Shown: positions 19,264-28,323 of the stretch, piece after piece
Numbering within the stretch: the stretch's first letter is position 1
Layout of the letters: each line of letters begins with the position of its first letter
From: a virus
Lineage: Duplodnaviria > Heunggongvirae > Uroviricota > Caudoviricetes
DNA length: 38,772 bases
Virus record (IMG/VR): IMGVR_UViG_2681813004_000022
Reading direction: 5' to 3' (one strand)
Position numbers and translations under genes: made by a program
Notes under the pieces: model-generated
The model's database searches: none
What the model saw: only the letters and a program-made list of their open reading frames with translations
What the model was told of the DNA's origin: nothing

Positions 19264-19396
19264 CGGTGATCTGAACGCATTGCTGGATGAAACGGAGGCC
19301 GCCTGGGCGGTCTGTGCAGACAAAGTGGACATGATTATTGCGTGTCAGGAGCGAAACAGTGAACAAACCACAATCCCTGCGCCACGCCCTCAATAA
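19106..19396 (+). CDS. lysC: LysC (Rz1-like o-spanin lipoprotein) embedded out of frame in lysB
   Basis: Lipobox LTLSGCG, proline-rich; overlaps the lysB 3' end in another frame as in P2. Start codon uncertain. Confidence 0.5.
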   Translation: MRTRIYAAGLILLCLLTLSGCGNVRHSPEVPLTVSGCPRVTPCRLDQTAPRTNGDLNALLDETEAAWAVCADKVDMIIACQERNSEQTTIPAPRPQ

Positions 19397-19790
19397 AGCG
19401 GTGCCTTATGTCCGCAATAACCCGGACAAACTGCATCTGTTTGTGGATAACGGTTCGCTGGTTGCCACGGGGGCCAGCTCCATGTCATGGGAGTACCGCT
19501 ACACCCTGAACGTGGTGATTGAGGATTTCAGCGGCGACCAGAATCTGCTGATGGCCCCGGTTTTGCTGTGGCTGCGGGATAACCAGCCCGATGCCATCAA
19601 TAACCCGGCGTTACGGGAAAAGCTATTCACCTTTGAGGTGGATATTCTGCGCAACGATGTCTGTGATATCAGCCTTAACCTGCAACTGACGGAGCGTGTG
19701 CTGGTCAGCACTGACGGCAGTGTGTCGAACGTTGAAGCGGTAGCGGAACCAGATGAACCTGAAGAAATGTGGACGGTGAAACGTGGCTGA
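19359..19790 (+). CDS. R: Tail completion protein R
   Basis: Likely GTG start at 19359 after AGGAG; ORF-track alternative start 19338. Confidence 0.75.
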   Translation: MNKPQSLRHALNKAVPYVRNNPDKLHLFVDNGSLVATGASSMSWEYRYTLNVVIEDFSGDQNLLMAPVLLWLRDNQPDAINNPALREKLFTFEVDILRNDVCDISLNLQLTERVLVSTDGSVSNVEAVAEPDEPEEMWTVKRG

Positions 19791-20226
19791 ACTGCAGAAG
19801 GTGGACGACTGGCTGAGTGCCTTACTGGCGAATCTGGAACCAGCCGCAAGAAGCCGCATGATGCGTCAGCTGGCGCAGGAACTGCGCAGGACACAACAGA
19901 AGAACATCAGGATGCAGCGCAATCCAGATGGCAGTAGTTATGAACCGCGACGGGTAACAGCACGCAGTAAAAAGGGGCGTATCAAACGTCAGATGTTTGC
20001 AAAGCTACGCACCACAAAATATCTGAAAACTGCCGCCAGCGCCGATTCTGCCAGCGTGCAGTTTGAAGGTAAGGTGCAGCGCATTGCCCGTGTTCACCAT
20101 TACGGCCTGCGCGATCGCGTCAGTCGCAAAGGGCCGGAGGTCCGTTACGCAGAGCGTCGCCTTTTGGGTGTTAACGACGAAGCGGAAATGATAACTCGTG
20201 ATATTTTTTTTCGCTACTTGTCTTAA
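19783..20226 (+). CDS. S: Tail completion protein S
   Basis: 147 aa (P2 S about 150); GTG start overlapping the R stop. Confidence 0.75.
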   Translation: MAELQKVDDWLSALLANLEPAARSRMMRQLAQELRRTQQKNIRMQRNPDGSSYEPRRVTARSKKGRIKRQMFAKLRTTKYLKTAASADSASVQFEGKVQRIARVHHYGLRDRVSRKGPEVRYAERRLLGVNDEAEMITRDIFFRYLS

Positions 20227-20244
20227 TTAACTACAGCATATGAT

Positions 20245-21006
20245 TTATATGGCTAAGTTATTCCTACATGTGGAGATAAAGTCACAGTAAAGCTGATGAA
20301 TTGTAGAACTCCACTCATTGGCTATTTTTATATTTTCCTTTGTTTGAGGTAGTAATTCCATCACCATAGCTCGATCTCTGTCAGTAAGCATGCTAAACAT
20401 ATAGTTATTGATATTGTGCGATTTATAAGCGAGAAAATAATTAAACTTTATTATTTCACTGTAAAGATGAGTGGCTTTATCTTCAATTTCATTGTCATGA
20501 AAATGTTGATCTGCATGACCCCACCCGTATTCAAGATTACTAATATCTTTTGTATTATTATCATGATAGGAGTTTTCAAAATTATGGTCTTTTAAGAATT
20601 CAATTGATAACGAGGTTGTTGGTAGAATATCAATAAATGCCTCATAAAGTTTAACGTCTGCTACTCTTTTTCTTTCCTGTATTTCTTTTTGGTTATTCTC
20701 TTTTAGAATTTCTTGGTATATATGGGGGACTTTTATTAATAGGTGAAAGACTAGCCCGGATAGAATTAAAGTTAAAGCAACCCCACTACTTGGTGTAATG
20801 CTATCAATCTTAAGAAGGCTTATTTCTGAATTAGTTGTTTTGTTGTAAAAATCAATTATAAGGTTTACGAATAATAAATATGTGGGTGCAGGTAGTGCAA
20901 GAATACCGATCCCTGCAGTGAGTAAAGTCCATGTTACCTTATTGCTAAATTCAGGAAATGCCTTTCTTATTAATTTTTTTATAAGAAGATTTAAATTGTC
21001 TTTCAT
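20245..21006 (-). CDS. AT-rich membrane protein of unknown function (moron between S and V)
   Basis: 253 aa, two N-terminal hydrophobic helices; opposite strand to the late genes; codon usage visibly AT-rich unlike the flanking phage genes. Confidence 0.6.
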   Translation of the reverse strand: MKDNLNLLIKKLIRKAFPEFSNKVTWTLLTAGIGILALPAPTYLLFVNLIIDFYNKTTNSEISLLKIDSITPSSGVALTLILSGLVFHLLIKVPHIYQEILKENNQKEIQERKRVADVKLYEAFIDILPTTSLSIEFLKDHNFENSYHDNNTKDISNLEYGWGHADQHFHDNEIEDKATHLYSEIIKFNYFLAYKSHNINNYMFSMLTDRDRAMVMELLPQTKENIKIANEWSSTIHQLYCDFISTCRNNLAI

Positions 21007-21034
21007 TTTATATCCTTAAAAGTAAGCAACGTAT

Positions 21035-21052
21035 TGTGCCATGAATCAAACA
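21035..21052. promoter_or_regulatory. TGT-N12-ACA dyad upstream of V (possible Ogr site)
   Basis: TGTGCCATGAATCAAACA about 55 bp upstream of the V start and about 30 bp upstream of the divergent moron start. Confidence 0.25.
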
Positions 21053-21098
21053 TTCCTATCTACTCGATTGCGTTTGCAATGGCGGTTAGTTTTTTCTC

Positions 21099-21677
21099 AT
21101 GAACGCACATTTAACCGAAATCATGCGCCTTATCACCAACCTGATTCGCACTGGTGTAGTCACCGAAGTGGACCGGGAGAACTGGCTTTGCCGGGTGAAA
21201 ACAGGCGACCTTGAAACCAACTGGATCAGCTGGCTGACGCTGCGTGCGGGTAATGCCCGCACATGGTGGAAACCATCGGAAGGTGAGCAGGTGGTGCTGC
21301 TGAGTCTGGGTGGCAATCTGGAAACCGCCTTTGCGTTGCCCGCTGTCTATTCGAATCAGTTCGCGCCGCCGTCGACGTCGGCGGACGCCTGCGTGACAGA
21401 ATATCCTGACGGTGGCTGGTTTGAATACGAACCCGCCACCGGGCGCTGGTATGTCAGGGGCATCAAATCAATGGTCATTGAGGCTGTCGACAACATCACC
21501 CTGAAAACCAGTGAGTTTGTACTGGAGGCTGACCGCGCACGTATTAACAGCGAAGTGGTGATCAATGGTGGCGTTACCCAGGGCGGCGGTGCGATGAGTT
21601 CTAACGGGATCGTGGTTGATGCGCATCAGCATACTGGCGTCCAGAAAGGTGGCGACACCACCGGAGGCCCGGTATGA
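21099..21677 (+). CDS. V: Baseplate spike/assembly protein V
   Basis: 192 aa; N-terminus resembles P2 gpV (..IRTG..TE.D......RV.TG); synteny. Confidence 0.85.
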   Translation: MNAHLTEIMRLITNLIRTGVVTEVDRENWLCRVKTGDLETNWISWLTLRAGNARTWWKPSEGEQVVLLSLGGNLETAFALPAVYSNQFAPPSTSADACVTEYPDGGWFEYEPATGRWYVRGIKSMVIEAVDNITLKTSEFVLEADRARINSEVVINGGVTQGGGAMSSNGIVVDAHQHTGVQKGGDTTGGPV

Positions 21678-22033
21678 CGCTTTATATCGGGATGAACAAT
21701 ACCAGCGGTAAAGCCATTACTGATATTGACCATCTGCGCCAGTCGGTGCGGGATATTCTGCTGACGCCGCAGGGTAGCCGCATTGCCCGTCGTGAATATG
21801 GTTCCCTGCTGTCGGCGCTGATAGACCAGCCACAAAATCCGGCGTTACGCCTGCAGATTATGTCGGCGGTGTATGTGGCGCTGAGTCGCTGGGAGCCTCG
21901 GCTGACGCTGGAATCCATCACCATCAACAGCAATTTTGACGGTTCTATGGTGGTGGAACTGACCGGACAGCGTAATAACGGTGTGCCTGTTTCCCTTTCC
22001 GTATCAACAGGAGCCGAGAATGGCAGTGATTGA
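21674..22033 (+). CDS. W: Baseplate protein W
   Basis: 119 aa (P2 W about 115). Confidence 0.85.
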   Translation: MTLYIGMNNTSGKAITDIDHLRQSVRDILLTPQGSRIARREYGSLLSALIDQPQNPALRLQIMSAVYVALSRWEPRLTLESITINSNFDGSMVVELTGQRNNGVPVSLSVSTGAENGSD

Positions 22034-22928
22034 CCTTTCGCAGTTGCCTGCACCGCAGATTGTGGATGTGCCGGACTTTGAAACGCTGTTTGCAGAACGT
22101 AAGGCAGAATTTGTGGCGCTCCATCCGAAAGATGAGCAGGAAGCTGTGATGCGTACGCTGGAACTGGAATCTGAACCCGTCACCAAATTGTTGCAGGAGA
22201 ACGCTTACCGTGAGTTGCTTCTGCGCCAGCGCATTAACGAAGCCGCGCAGGCGGTGATGGTGGCTTACGCGATGGGCGGCGATCTTGACCAGCTCGCTGC
22301 CAACTACAACGTGAAACGCCTGACGGTGACGCCTGCTGATAATGACGCTGTGCCGCCCGTTGCAGCTGTGATGGAAAGCGATGAAGCGTTACGCCTGCGT
22401 GTGCCTGCAGCCTTTGAAGGGCTTTCAGTCGCGGGGCCAACTGCAGCTTATGAATTTCATGCCCGAAGCGCCGACGGTCGCGTGGCGGATGCCAGTGCAA
22501 CCAGCCCGGCACCTGCAGAGGTGGTGCTGACTGTCCTTAGCCGCGAAGGCGATGGAACTGCAGAAAAAGACCTGCTGGACGTGGTGGGAAAAGCTCTGAA
22601 CAGTGAGAACGTCCGCCCGGTGGCTGACCGTCTTACGGTTCGCAGCGCAGAAATCATCCCGTATCGCGTGGAAGCCACCATTTTTCTTTATCCGGGACCG
22701 GAAGCAGAGCCGGTAATGGCAGCGGCAAAAGCCAGCCTGCAGAAGTACATCGCCAGTCAGACGCGTCTTGGTCGGGATATTCGCCGTAGCGCCATCTTTG
22801 CCGCCCTGCATGTTGAGGGTGTGCAGCGTGTGGAGCTGGCTTCTCCTCTGGCGGATGTGGTCCTGAACAAAACACAGGCGGCATCATGTACGCAGTGGAG
22901 CGTAACCAACGGAGGAACGGATGAATAG
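22020..22928 (+). CDS. J: Baseplate protein J
   Basis: 302 aa from ATG 22020 (P2 J is 302 aa); AGGAG RBS. Confidence 0.85.
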   Translation: MAVIDLSQLPAPQIVDVPDFETLFAERKAEFVALHPKDEQEAVMRTLELESEPVTKLLQENAYRELLLRQRINEAAQAVMVAYAMGGDLDQLAANYNVKRLTVTPADNDAVPPVAAVMESDEALRLRVPAAFEGLSVAGPTAAYEFHARSADGRVADASATSPAPAEVVLTVLSREGDGTAEKDLLDVVGKALNSENVRPVADRLTVRSAEIIPYRVEATIFLYPGPEAEPVMAAAKASLQKYIASQTRLGRDIRRSAIFAALHVEGVQRVELASPLADVVLNKTQAASCTQWSVTNGGTDE

Positions 22929-23526
22929 TCTGCTGCCACCGGGTTCAACACCACTGGAGCGCCGACTGGCGCAAACCTGCAGCGGGATTTCTGATCTGCA
23001 GGTGCCGCTTCGTGACTTGTGGAATCCGGCAACCTGTCCGGTCAGTTTCCTGCCTTATCTCGCCTGGGCGTTCTCTGTGGATCGCTGGGACGAGGGCTGG
23101 ACAGAAAGCGTCAAGCGCCAGGTGGTGAAGGATGCTTTTTATATTCATCAGCATAAAGGGACCACCAGTGCCGTGCGGCGGGTGGTGGAGCCGTTCGGCT
23201 TTCTGATCCGCATTATTGAGTGGTGGCAGACCGGAGAGGCAGCGGGCACGTTTCGCCTAGATATCGGCGTGCAGGACCAGGGCATCACTGAAGATACCTA
23301 TCTGGAACTTGAGCGACTGATAAGCGATGCCAAACCATGTAGCCGCCACATGATCGGCATGTCCATCAATCTGCAGACCAGCGGCCCGCATTGGGTGGGA
23401 GCCGCCAGCTATCTTGGCGAAGAAATCACGATCTATCCGTATATCAACGAAACGATTATTTCCGGTGGCACCGCGCATGAAGGCGGGGCGGTCCATGTTA
23501 TTGACACAATGAGAGTGAATCCATGA
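22921..23526 (+). CDS. I: Baseplate protein I
   Basis: 201 aa, synteny. Confidence 0.8.
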   Translation: MNSLLPPGSTPLERRLAQTCSGISDLQVPLRDLWNPATCPVSFLPYLAWAFSVDRWDEGWTESVKRQVVKDAFYIHQHKGTTSAVRRVVEPFGFLIRIIEWWQTGEAAGTFRLDIGVQDQGITEDTYLELERLISDAKPCSRHMIGMSINLQTSGPHWVGAASYLGEEITIYPYINETIISGGTAHEGGAVHVIDTMRVNP

Positions 23527-24923
23527 GCACAAAATTTTATACCCTGCTGACGGATATTGGCGCGGCGAAACTTGCCAGCGCCGCCGCGCTCGGTGTGCCG
23601 CTAAAAATTACCCATATGGCGGTGGGCGATGGCGGCGGAGTATTGCCAACGCCGGACGCAAAGCAGACGGCACTGGTAAATGAGAAACGCCGGGCTGCGC
23701 TGAATATGCTTTATATCGACCCGCAGAACAGCAGCCAGATTATTGCTGAACAGGTGATCCCTGAAAACGAGGGCGGTTGGTGGATACGTGAAGTGGGCCT
23801 GTTTGATGAGTCCGGGGCATTGATTGCCGTGGGCAACTGCCCGGAAAGCTATAAGCCGCAACTGGCTGAAGGCAGCGGGCGCACCCAGACCGTGCGCATG
23901 GTGCTGATTACCAGCAGTACGGACAATATCGCCCTGAAAATCGACCCTGCTGTAGTGCTGGCAACCCGTAAATACGTGGATGATAAAGTCCTGGAATTAA
24001 AGCTGTATGTGGATGACCAGATGAGAAACCACATTGCCGCACAAGATCCTCATACCCAGTATGCGCAGAAACATAATCCGACATTTACCGGAGAACCAAA
24101 AGCGCCGACGCCTGCAGCAGGAAATAACACCACTCGGATTGCGACCACAGAGTTTGTTCAGGCCGCTATTACTGCTCTGATTAACGGTGCGCCAGCCACG
24201 CTGGACACACTGAAAGAAATTGCCGCAGCCATTAACAATGACCCGAAATTCAGTACCACTATTAATAATGCGCTGGCACTGAAAGCGCCGCTGTCGAGTC
24301 CGGCACTCACCGGAACGCCAACAGCACCTACTGCGGCACAGTCGGTCAACAATACACAGATTGCCACCACGGCATTTGTGAAATCGGCGATTGCGGCAAT
24401 GGTGGGTTCTGCACCTGCGGCACTGGATACACTGAACGAACTGGCGGCGGCACTGGGGAATGATCCGAACTTTGCCACGACAATGCTTAATGCGCTGGCA
24501 GGTAAACAACCGCTGGACAATACGCTGACTCATTTGAGTGGAAAGGATGTAGCAGGTCTTCTCGCATACCTTGGTTTGGGAGAAGCGGCTAAAAGGAATG
24601 TAGGGACAGGGGCGAATCAGATACCTGATATGGGTAGCTTCACGCTTTCTGTTTCAGGTACTGGATATCAAAAATTACCATCAGGTTTTATTCTTCAGTG
24701 GGGCTCAATCGGCGCACCAGGCATTGCACAGGATGTAGTAACCCATTTCCCGATTGCATTTCCAAACAGATGTCTGCGTGTTTTGGTCTCACAAGACTAC
24801 ACACCAGATAGCGGGGCTGTTGGTTATATTGCCTGTGCAGGTTTTAGTCCCGATCCGGTTAAATTTATATCCAGAGCCAGTACTCCTGGCCTCGGCGCTT
24901 CATTTTTAGCGTTAGGCTGTTAA
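23523..24923 (+). CDS. H: Tail fibre protein H (constant N-terminal part plus currently expressed variable C-terminus)
   Basis: 466 aa; repeated xTxAxxAxxAxxTTxFVxxAI-type segments; contains an invertase crossover site at 24559-24584. Confidence 0.85.
   Translation: MSTKFYTLLTDIGAAKLASAAALGVPLKITHMAVGDGGGVLPTPDAKQTALVNEKRRAALNMLYIDPQNSSQIIAEQVIPENEGGWWIREVGLFDESGALIAVGNCPESYKPQLAEGSGRTQTVRMVLITSSTDNIALKIDPAVVLATRKYVDDKVLELKLYVDDQMRNHIAAQDPHTQYAQKHNPTFTGEPKAPTPAAGNNTTRIATTEFVQAAITALINGAPATLDTLKEIAAAINNDPKFSTTINNALALKAPLSSPALTGTPTAPTAAQSVNNTQIATTAFVKSAIAAMVGSAPAALDTLNELAAALGNDPNFATTMLNALAGKQPLDNTLTHLSGKDVAGLLAYLGLGEAAKRNVGTGANQIPDMGSFTLSVSGTGYQKLPSGFILQWGSIGAPGIAQDVVTHFPIAFPNRCLRVLVSQDYTPDSGAVGYIACAGFSPDPVKFISRASTPGLGASFLALGC
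24559..24584. repeat. 26-bp hix/gix-like invertase crossover site (left)
   Basis: TTCTCGCATACC-TT-GGTTTGGGAGAA, an imperfect palindrome (half-sites 10/12 matching); 15-bp core TTGGTTTGGGAGAAG repeated inverted at 27533-27547. Confidence 0.5.
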
Positions 24924-24944
24924 TTTAGCTATATGGAGTGAAAA

Positions 24945-25385
24945 ATGAATTACATATATTCCGCGACTACAAACTCTTTCTATCCGCTGGAGATGAAAGA
25001 GGATTACACTCAAGCTGACTCATGGCCAGATGATGCTGTTGAAGTTGATGAGCAAGTGTATATTGAGTTTTCCGGATTACCGCCGAAAGGAAAAATCCGT
25101 ATCGCTGGAGAAAATGGTTTTCCTGCATGGTCTGAAATTCCACCACCAACACATGAGGAACAGATTGCTGCAGCCGAACTGGAAAAGCAGCAACTGATTA
25201 ATCAGGCCAACGATTATATGAACAGTAAACAATGGCCTGGTAAAGCGGCTATTGGTCGTCTGAAAGGTGAGGAACTGGCGCAATATAATTTGTGGCTGGA
25301 TTATCTGGACGCACTGGAACTGGTCGATACTTCTGGTGCGCCAGATATTGAATGGCCTACGCCTCCGGCAGTTCAGGCCAGATGA
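24945..25385 (+). CDS. G: Tail fibre assembly chaperone (P2 gpG / Mu U-like)
   Basis: 146 aa with conserved C-terminal motif YNLWLDYLDALELVDTSGAPDIEWP. Confidence 0.8.
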   Translation: MNYIYSATTNSFYPLEMKEDYTQADSWPDDAVEVDEQVYIEFSGLPPKGKIRIAGENGFPAWSEIPPPTHEEQIAAAELEKQQLINQANDYMNSKQWPGKAAIGRLKGEELAQYNLWLDYLDALELVDTSGAPDIEWPTPPAVQAR

Positions 25386-25959
25386 CATCCGGCGCGGTGC
25401 TGGTATCAGTTGCCGTCACCGCGTCAATGTAATCCAGCGCAGCGTTAAGTCGGGCGGTTTCTGCCTGCGTCAGATTCCGTCCGGCCTGCAATTTCAGCTG
25501 AATCAGACTAATGGAAGCCATTGCAGTATCAATCAGTGACTGACGCTGTGCTTCTGCCGCGCCTACTGCGGCGCTATGCTGTGCCTCAGTATCTGTTACC
25601 CATTTCTCACCATCCCATTCATCGTATGGCGTTAACGGGGCGATAGTGGTTGTATTTTCAGGATAATCACCCGGAGCTGTGATTTCTTTCGATTCTCTCG
25701 TTTCGGTGTTATAGACGATTTCACCGCGATGGTCTGGTACATATTCCCATGAGTTAAAATCTGCAGAGCGGCAGATTGCATAACCAGCTTTGTAGGTGCC
25801 TGGAGCATCTAAACAGGAATATGCCGGAATGCCGACACCAACAGCAAGATATTCAGTTGAAGCTGAAATATACTCCCGACTCATGACGTCAAAGTTATAA
25901 ACAGTAATTTCTCCTGCCATAGTGGCAATTAATTCACTGTTTAATTCTGCGTTATTCAT
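25357..25959 (-). CDS. Alternate tail fibre assembly chaperone (U'-like)
   Basis: 200 aa, C-terminal LDYIDAVTATDTSTAPDVIWPELP motif; convergent with and overlapping G by about 29 bp. Confidence 0.75.
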   Translation of the reverse strand: MNNAELNSELIATMAGEITVYNFDVMSREYISASTEYLAVGVGIPAYSCLDAPGTYKAGYAICRSADFNSWEYVPDHRGEIVYNTETRESKEITAPGDYPENTTTIAPLTPYDEWDGEKWVTDTEAQHSAAVGAAEAQRQSLIDTAMASISLIQLKLQAGRNLTQAETARLNAALDYIDAVTATDTSTAPDVIWPELPEA

Positions 25960-26233
25960 TATGCAGCCCTCACAATATAGTTAAAAGCGACATTTCGTGG
26001 GCGTGTTTCATTCGCACCTGCAGGTTTAGTCGTTGCCGCAACAACACCACCCTCTGTAATAGCCGGGTTGGGAATTGGGTAATTATCGAAGTCAATGGCC
26101 GGAGACAGGGGCGTGATTTGTTTTAAAATCGTGGTGCCTGAAAAACTTCCCAGAGTCTGGTCGTTAGTTCGTGAAGTCCAGATTCCCCAATAGTGGTTAT
26201 GACTGACAATCGCACCGTCCTGAAGCGTTAATA

Positions 26234-26241
26234 ATCCCCTT
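26234..26241. repeat. 8-bp target-site duplication ATCCCCTT (left copy)
   Basis: Identical 8-mer directly abuts the outer IS26 inverted repeats at 26234-26241 and 27329-27336. Confidence 0.7.
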
Positions 26242-27061
26242 GGCACTGTTGCAAAGTTAGCGATGAGGCAGCCTTTTGTCTTATTCAAAGGCCTTACATT
26301 TCAAAAACTCTGCTTACCAGGCGCATTTCGCCCAGGGGATCACCATAATAAAATGCTGAGGCCTGGCCTTTGCGTAGTGCACGCATCACCTCAATACCTT
26401 TGATGGTGGCGTAAGCCGTCTTCATGGATTTAAATCCCAGCGTGGCGCCGATTATCCGTTTCAGTTTGCCATGATCGCATTCAATCACGTTGTTCCGGTA
26501 CTTAATCTGTCGGTGTTCAACGTCAGACGGGCACCGGCCTTCGCGTTTGAGCAGAGCAAGCGCGCGACCATAGGCGGGCGCTTTATCCGTGTTGATGAAT
26601 CGCGGGATCTGCCACTTCTTCACGTTGTTGAGGATTTTACCCAGAAACCGGTATGCAGCTTTGCTGTTACGACGGGAGGAGAGATAAAAATCGACAGTGC
26701 GGCCCCGGCTGTCGACGGCCCGGTACAGATACGCCCAGCGGCCATTGACCTTCACGTAGGTTTCATCCATGTGCCACGGGCAAAGATCGGAAGGGTTACG
26801 CCAGTACCAGCGCAGCCGTTTTTCCATTTCAGGCGCATAACGCTGAACCCAGCGGTAAATCGTGGAGTGATCGACATTCACTCCGCGTTCAGCCAGCATC
26901 TCCTGCAGCTCACGGTAACTGATGCCGTATTTGCAGTACCAGCGTACGGCCCACAGAATGATGTCACGCTGAAAATGCCGGCCTTTGAATGGGTTCATGT
27001 GCAGCTCCATCAGCAAAAGGGGATGATAAGTTTATCACCACCGACTATTTGCAACAGTGCC
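26242..27061 (-). mobile_element. IS26 (IS6 family), complete 820-bp copy
   Basis: 14-bp terminal inverted repeats GGCACTGTTGCAAA at 26242-26255 and (reverse complement) 27048-27061; 820 bp; encodes the 234-aa Tnp26 sequence I recognise. Confidence 0.9.
26294..26998 (-). CDS. tnpA: IS26 transposase Tnp26
   Basis: 234 aa starting MNPFKGRHFQRDIILWAVRWYCKYGISYRELQEM..., DDE transposase of IS26. Confidence 0.9.
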   Translation of the reverse strand: MNPFKGRHFQRDIILWAVRWYCKYGISYRELQEMLAERGVNVDHSTIYRWVQRYAPEMEKRLRWYWRNPSDLCPWHMDETYVKVNGRWAYLYRAVDSRGRTVDFYLSSRRNSKAAYRFLGKILNNVKKWQIPRFINTDKAPAYGRALALLKREGRCPSDVEHRQIKYRNNVIECDHGKLKRIIGATLGFKSMKTAYATIKGIEVMRALRKGQASAFYYGDPLGEMRLVSRVFEM

Positions 27062-27328
27062 GTTACGCCAGTACCAGCGCAGCCGTTTTTCCATTTCAGG
27101 CGCATAACGCTGAACCCAGCGGTAAATCGTGGAGTGATCGACATTCACTCCGCGTTCAGCCAGCATCTCCTGCAGCTCACGGTAACTGATGCCGTATTTG
27201 CAGTACCAGCGTACGGCCCACAGAATGATGTCACGCTGAAAATGCCGGCCTTTGAATGGGTTCATGTGCAGCTCCATCAGCAAAAGGGGATGATAAGTTT
27301 ATCACCACCGACTATTTGCAACAGTGCC
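27062..27328 (-). mobile_element. Partial IS26 copy (267 bp, tnp-proximal end with terminal IR), tandem to the complete copy
   Basis: Sequence equals 26795-27061 of the complete copy and ends in the same terminal IR at 27315-27328; encodes only the first about 67 aa of Tnp26. Confidence 0.8.
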
Positions 27329-27336
27329 ATCCCCTT
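27329..27336. repeat. 8-bp target-site duplication ATCCCCTT (right copy)
   Basis: Matches 26234-26241. Confidence 0.7.
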
Positions 27337-27533
27337 CCGTTATCCACTCCACGTCCGTCATCCCAGCCACGAATAAACTCACCACGTAAATCAGGCAATT
27401 TATTTGTCGGATAAGCCTTTGCCAGTTCCGGGTATTCTTCAGCAGAAAAAGCGGCACCGTTGCATTTCAGCCAGCCTGTTGGCGGAGTGGCTGAAGGCCA
27501 CGGAACAGGCACCCCAACCGGTAATGCAGAGCC

Positions 27534-27559
27534 TTCTCCCAAACCAACGTTTAAGAAAA
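27534..27559. repeat. hix/gix-like invertase crossover site (right, inverted)
   Basis: TTCTCCCAAACC-AA-CGTTTAAGAAAA; shares the inverted 15-bp core with the left site; 55 bp upstream of the invertase gene. Confidence 0.5.
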
Positions 27560-27614
27560 TGCAGAGGTAACGGCTAACTGGCATCATCCCCGGTATTTAT
27601 TCAGGGGATTGATC

Positions 27615-28181
27615 ATGCTTATTGGCTATGTACGCGTGTCAACAAATGACCAGAACACCGATTTGCAACGTAATGCACTGAACTGCGCGGGATGTGAGCG
27701 GATTTTTGAGGACAAAATCAGTGGCACTAAGTCCGAAAGACCGGGGCTGAAAAAACTGCTCAGGACACTATCGGCAGGAGACACTCTGGTTGTCTGGAAG
27801 CTGGACAGGTTAGGGCGCAGTATGCGGCATCTTGTTACGCTGATAGAAGAGTTGCGCCAGCGTGGTGTGAATTTCAGAAGCCTGACTGACAGTATTGATA
27901 CCAGTACCCCAATGGGCCGTTTCTTTTTTCATGTCATGGGTGCCCTGGCTGAAATGGAACGCGAACTGATAGTTGAACGTACCAGGGCAGGGCTGGCTGC
28001 AGCTCGTGCCAAAGGCAGAGTAGGTGGACGCCGTCCTAAGTTGACCACCGAACAGTGGGCACAGATTGGGCGTTTACTCGAGGCCGGAGAATCAAGACAG
28101 CGTATTGCACTGATTTTTGATGTAGGCGTTTCTACCATTTATAGAAAATTTCCGGCAAATAAGATCAATGAATCCCCCTGA
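27615..28181 (+). CDS. Serine DNA invertase (Pin/Gin/Hin/Cin family)
   Basis: N-terminus MLIGYVRVSTNDQNTDLQRNAL... with catalytic Ser in the VRVST context, and C-terminal HTH; closely resembles e14 Pin as I recall it. Confidence 0.9.
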   Translation: MLIGYVRVSTNDQNTDLQRNALNCAGCERIFEDKISGTKSERPGLKKLLRTLSAGDTLVVWKLDRLGRSMRHLVTLIEELRQRGVNFRSLTDSIDTSTPMGRFFFHVMGALAEMERELIVERTRAGLAAARAKGRVGGRRPKLTTEQWAQIGRLLEAGESRQRIALIFDVGVSTIYRKFPANKINESP

Positions 28182-28229
28182 ATCAGCATTATGTTGATTA
28201 TCCCTGCAAGCAGACAAATACCGTTATTT

Positions 28230-28247
28230 TGTGTGAATAACGACACA
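28230..28247. promoter_or_regulatory. Candidate late-promoter activator site (TGT-N12-ACA) upstream of FI
   Basis: TGTGTGAATAACGACACA centred about 85 bp upstream of the FI start, the same spacing as the O-side dyad. Confidence 0.35.
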
Positions 28248-28323
28248 ACTGCGCTTAGCTGTTTGTCAGGCACAATCACTTCAACATAGGGCGAAGCCTA
28301 ATCCAATCAGGAGGTTCGCCACT

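Larger units (their letters stand above)
24559..27559. other. Invertible tail-fibre host-range segment (G/C-segment-like)
   Basis: Bounded by inverted crossover sites; contains the H variable end plus tfa on one strand, a second tfa plus an alternate fibre C-terminus on the other; invertase gene immediately outside. Confidence 0.5.
25959..27587 (-). pseudogene. Alternate tail-fibre variable C-terminal gene segment, interrupted by IS26
   Basis: The minus-strand frame runs from site R through ...GWDDGRGVDNGRG, is interrupted at 27337/26241 by the IS26 block, and resumes in frame after removing the insert and one TSD copy (...LLTLQDGAIVSHNHYWGIW...). Confidence 0.65.

Noticed and set aside
26471-27376. 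301-aa plus-strand ORF spanning IS26 and its partial copy
   Set aside because: Antisense to tnp26 and internally repetitive only because it reads through the duplicated IS26 segment; an artefact.
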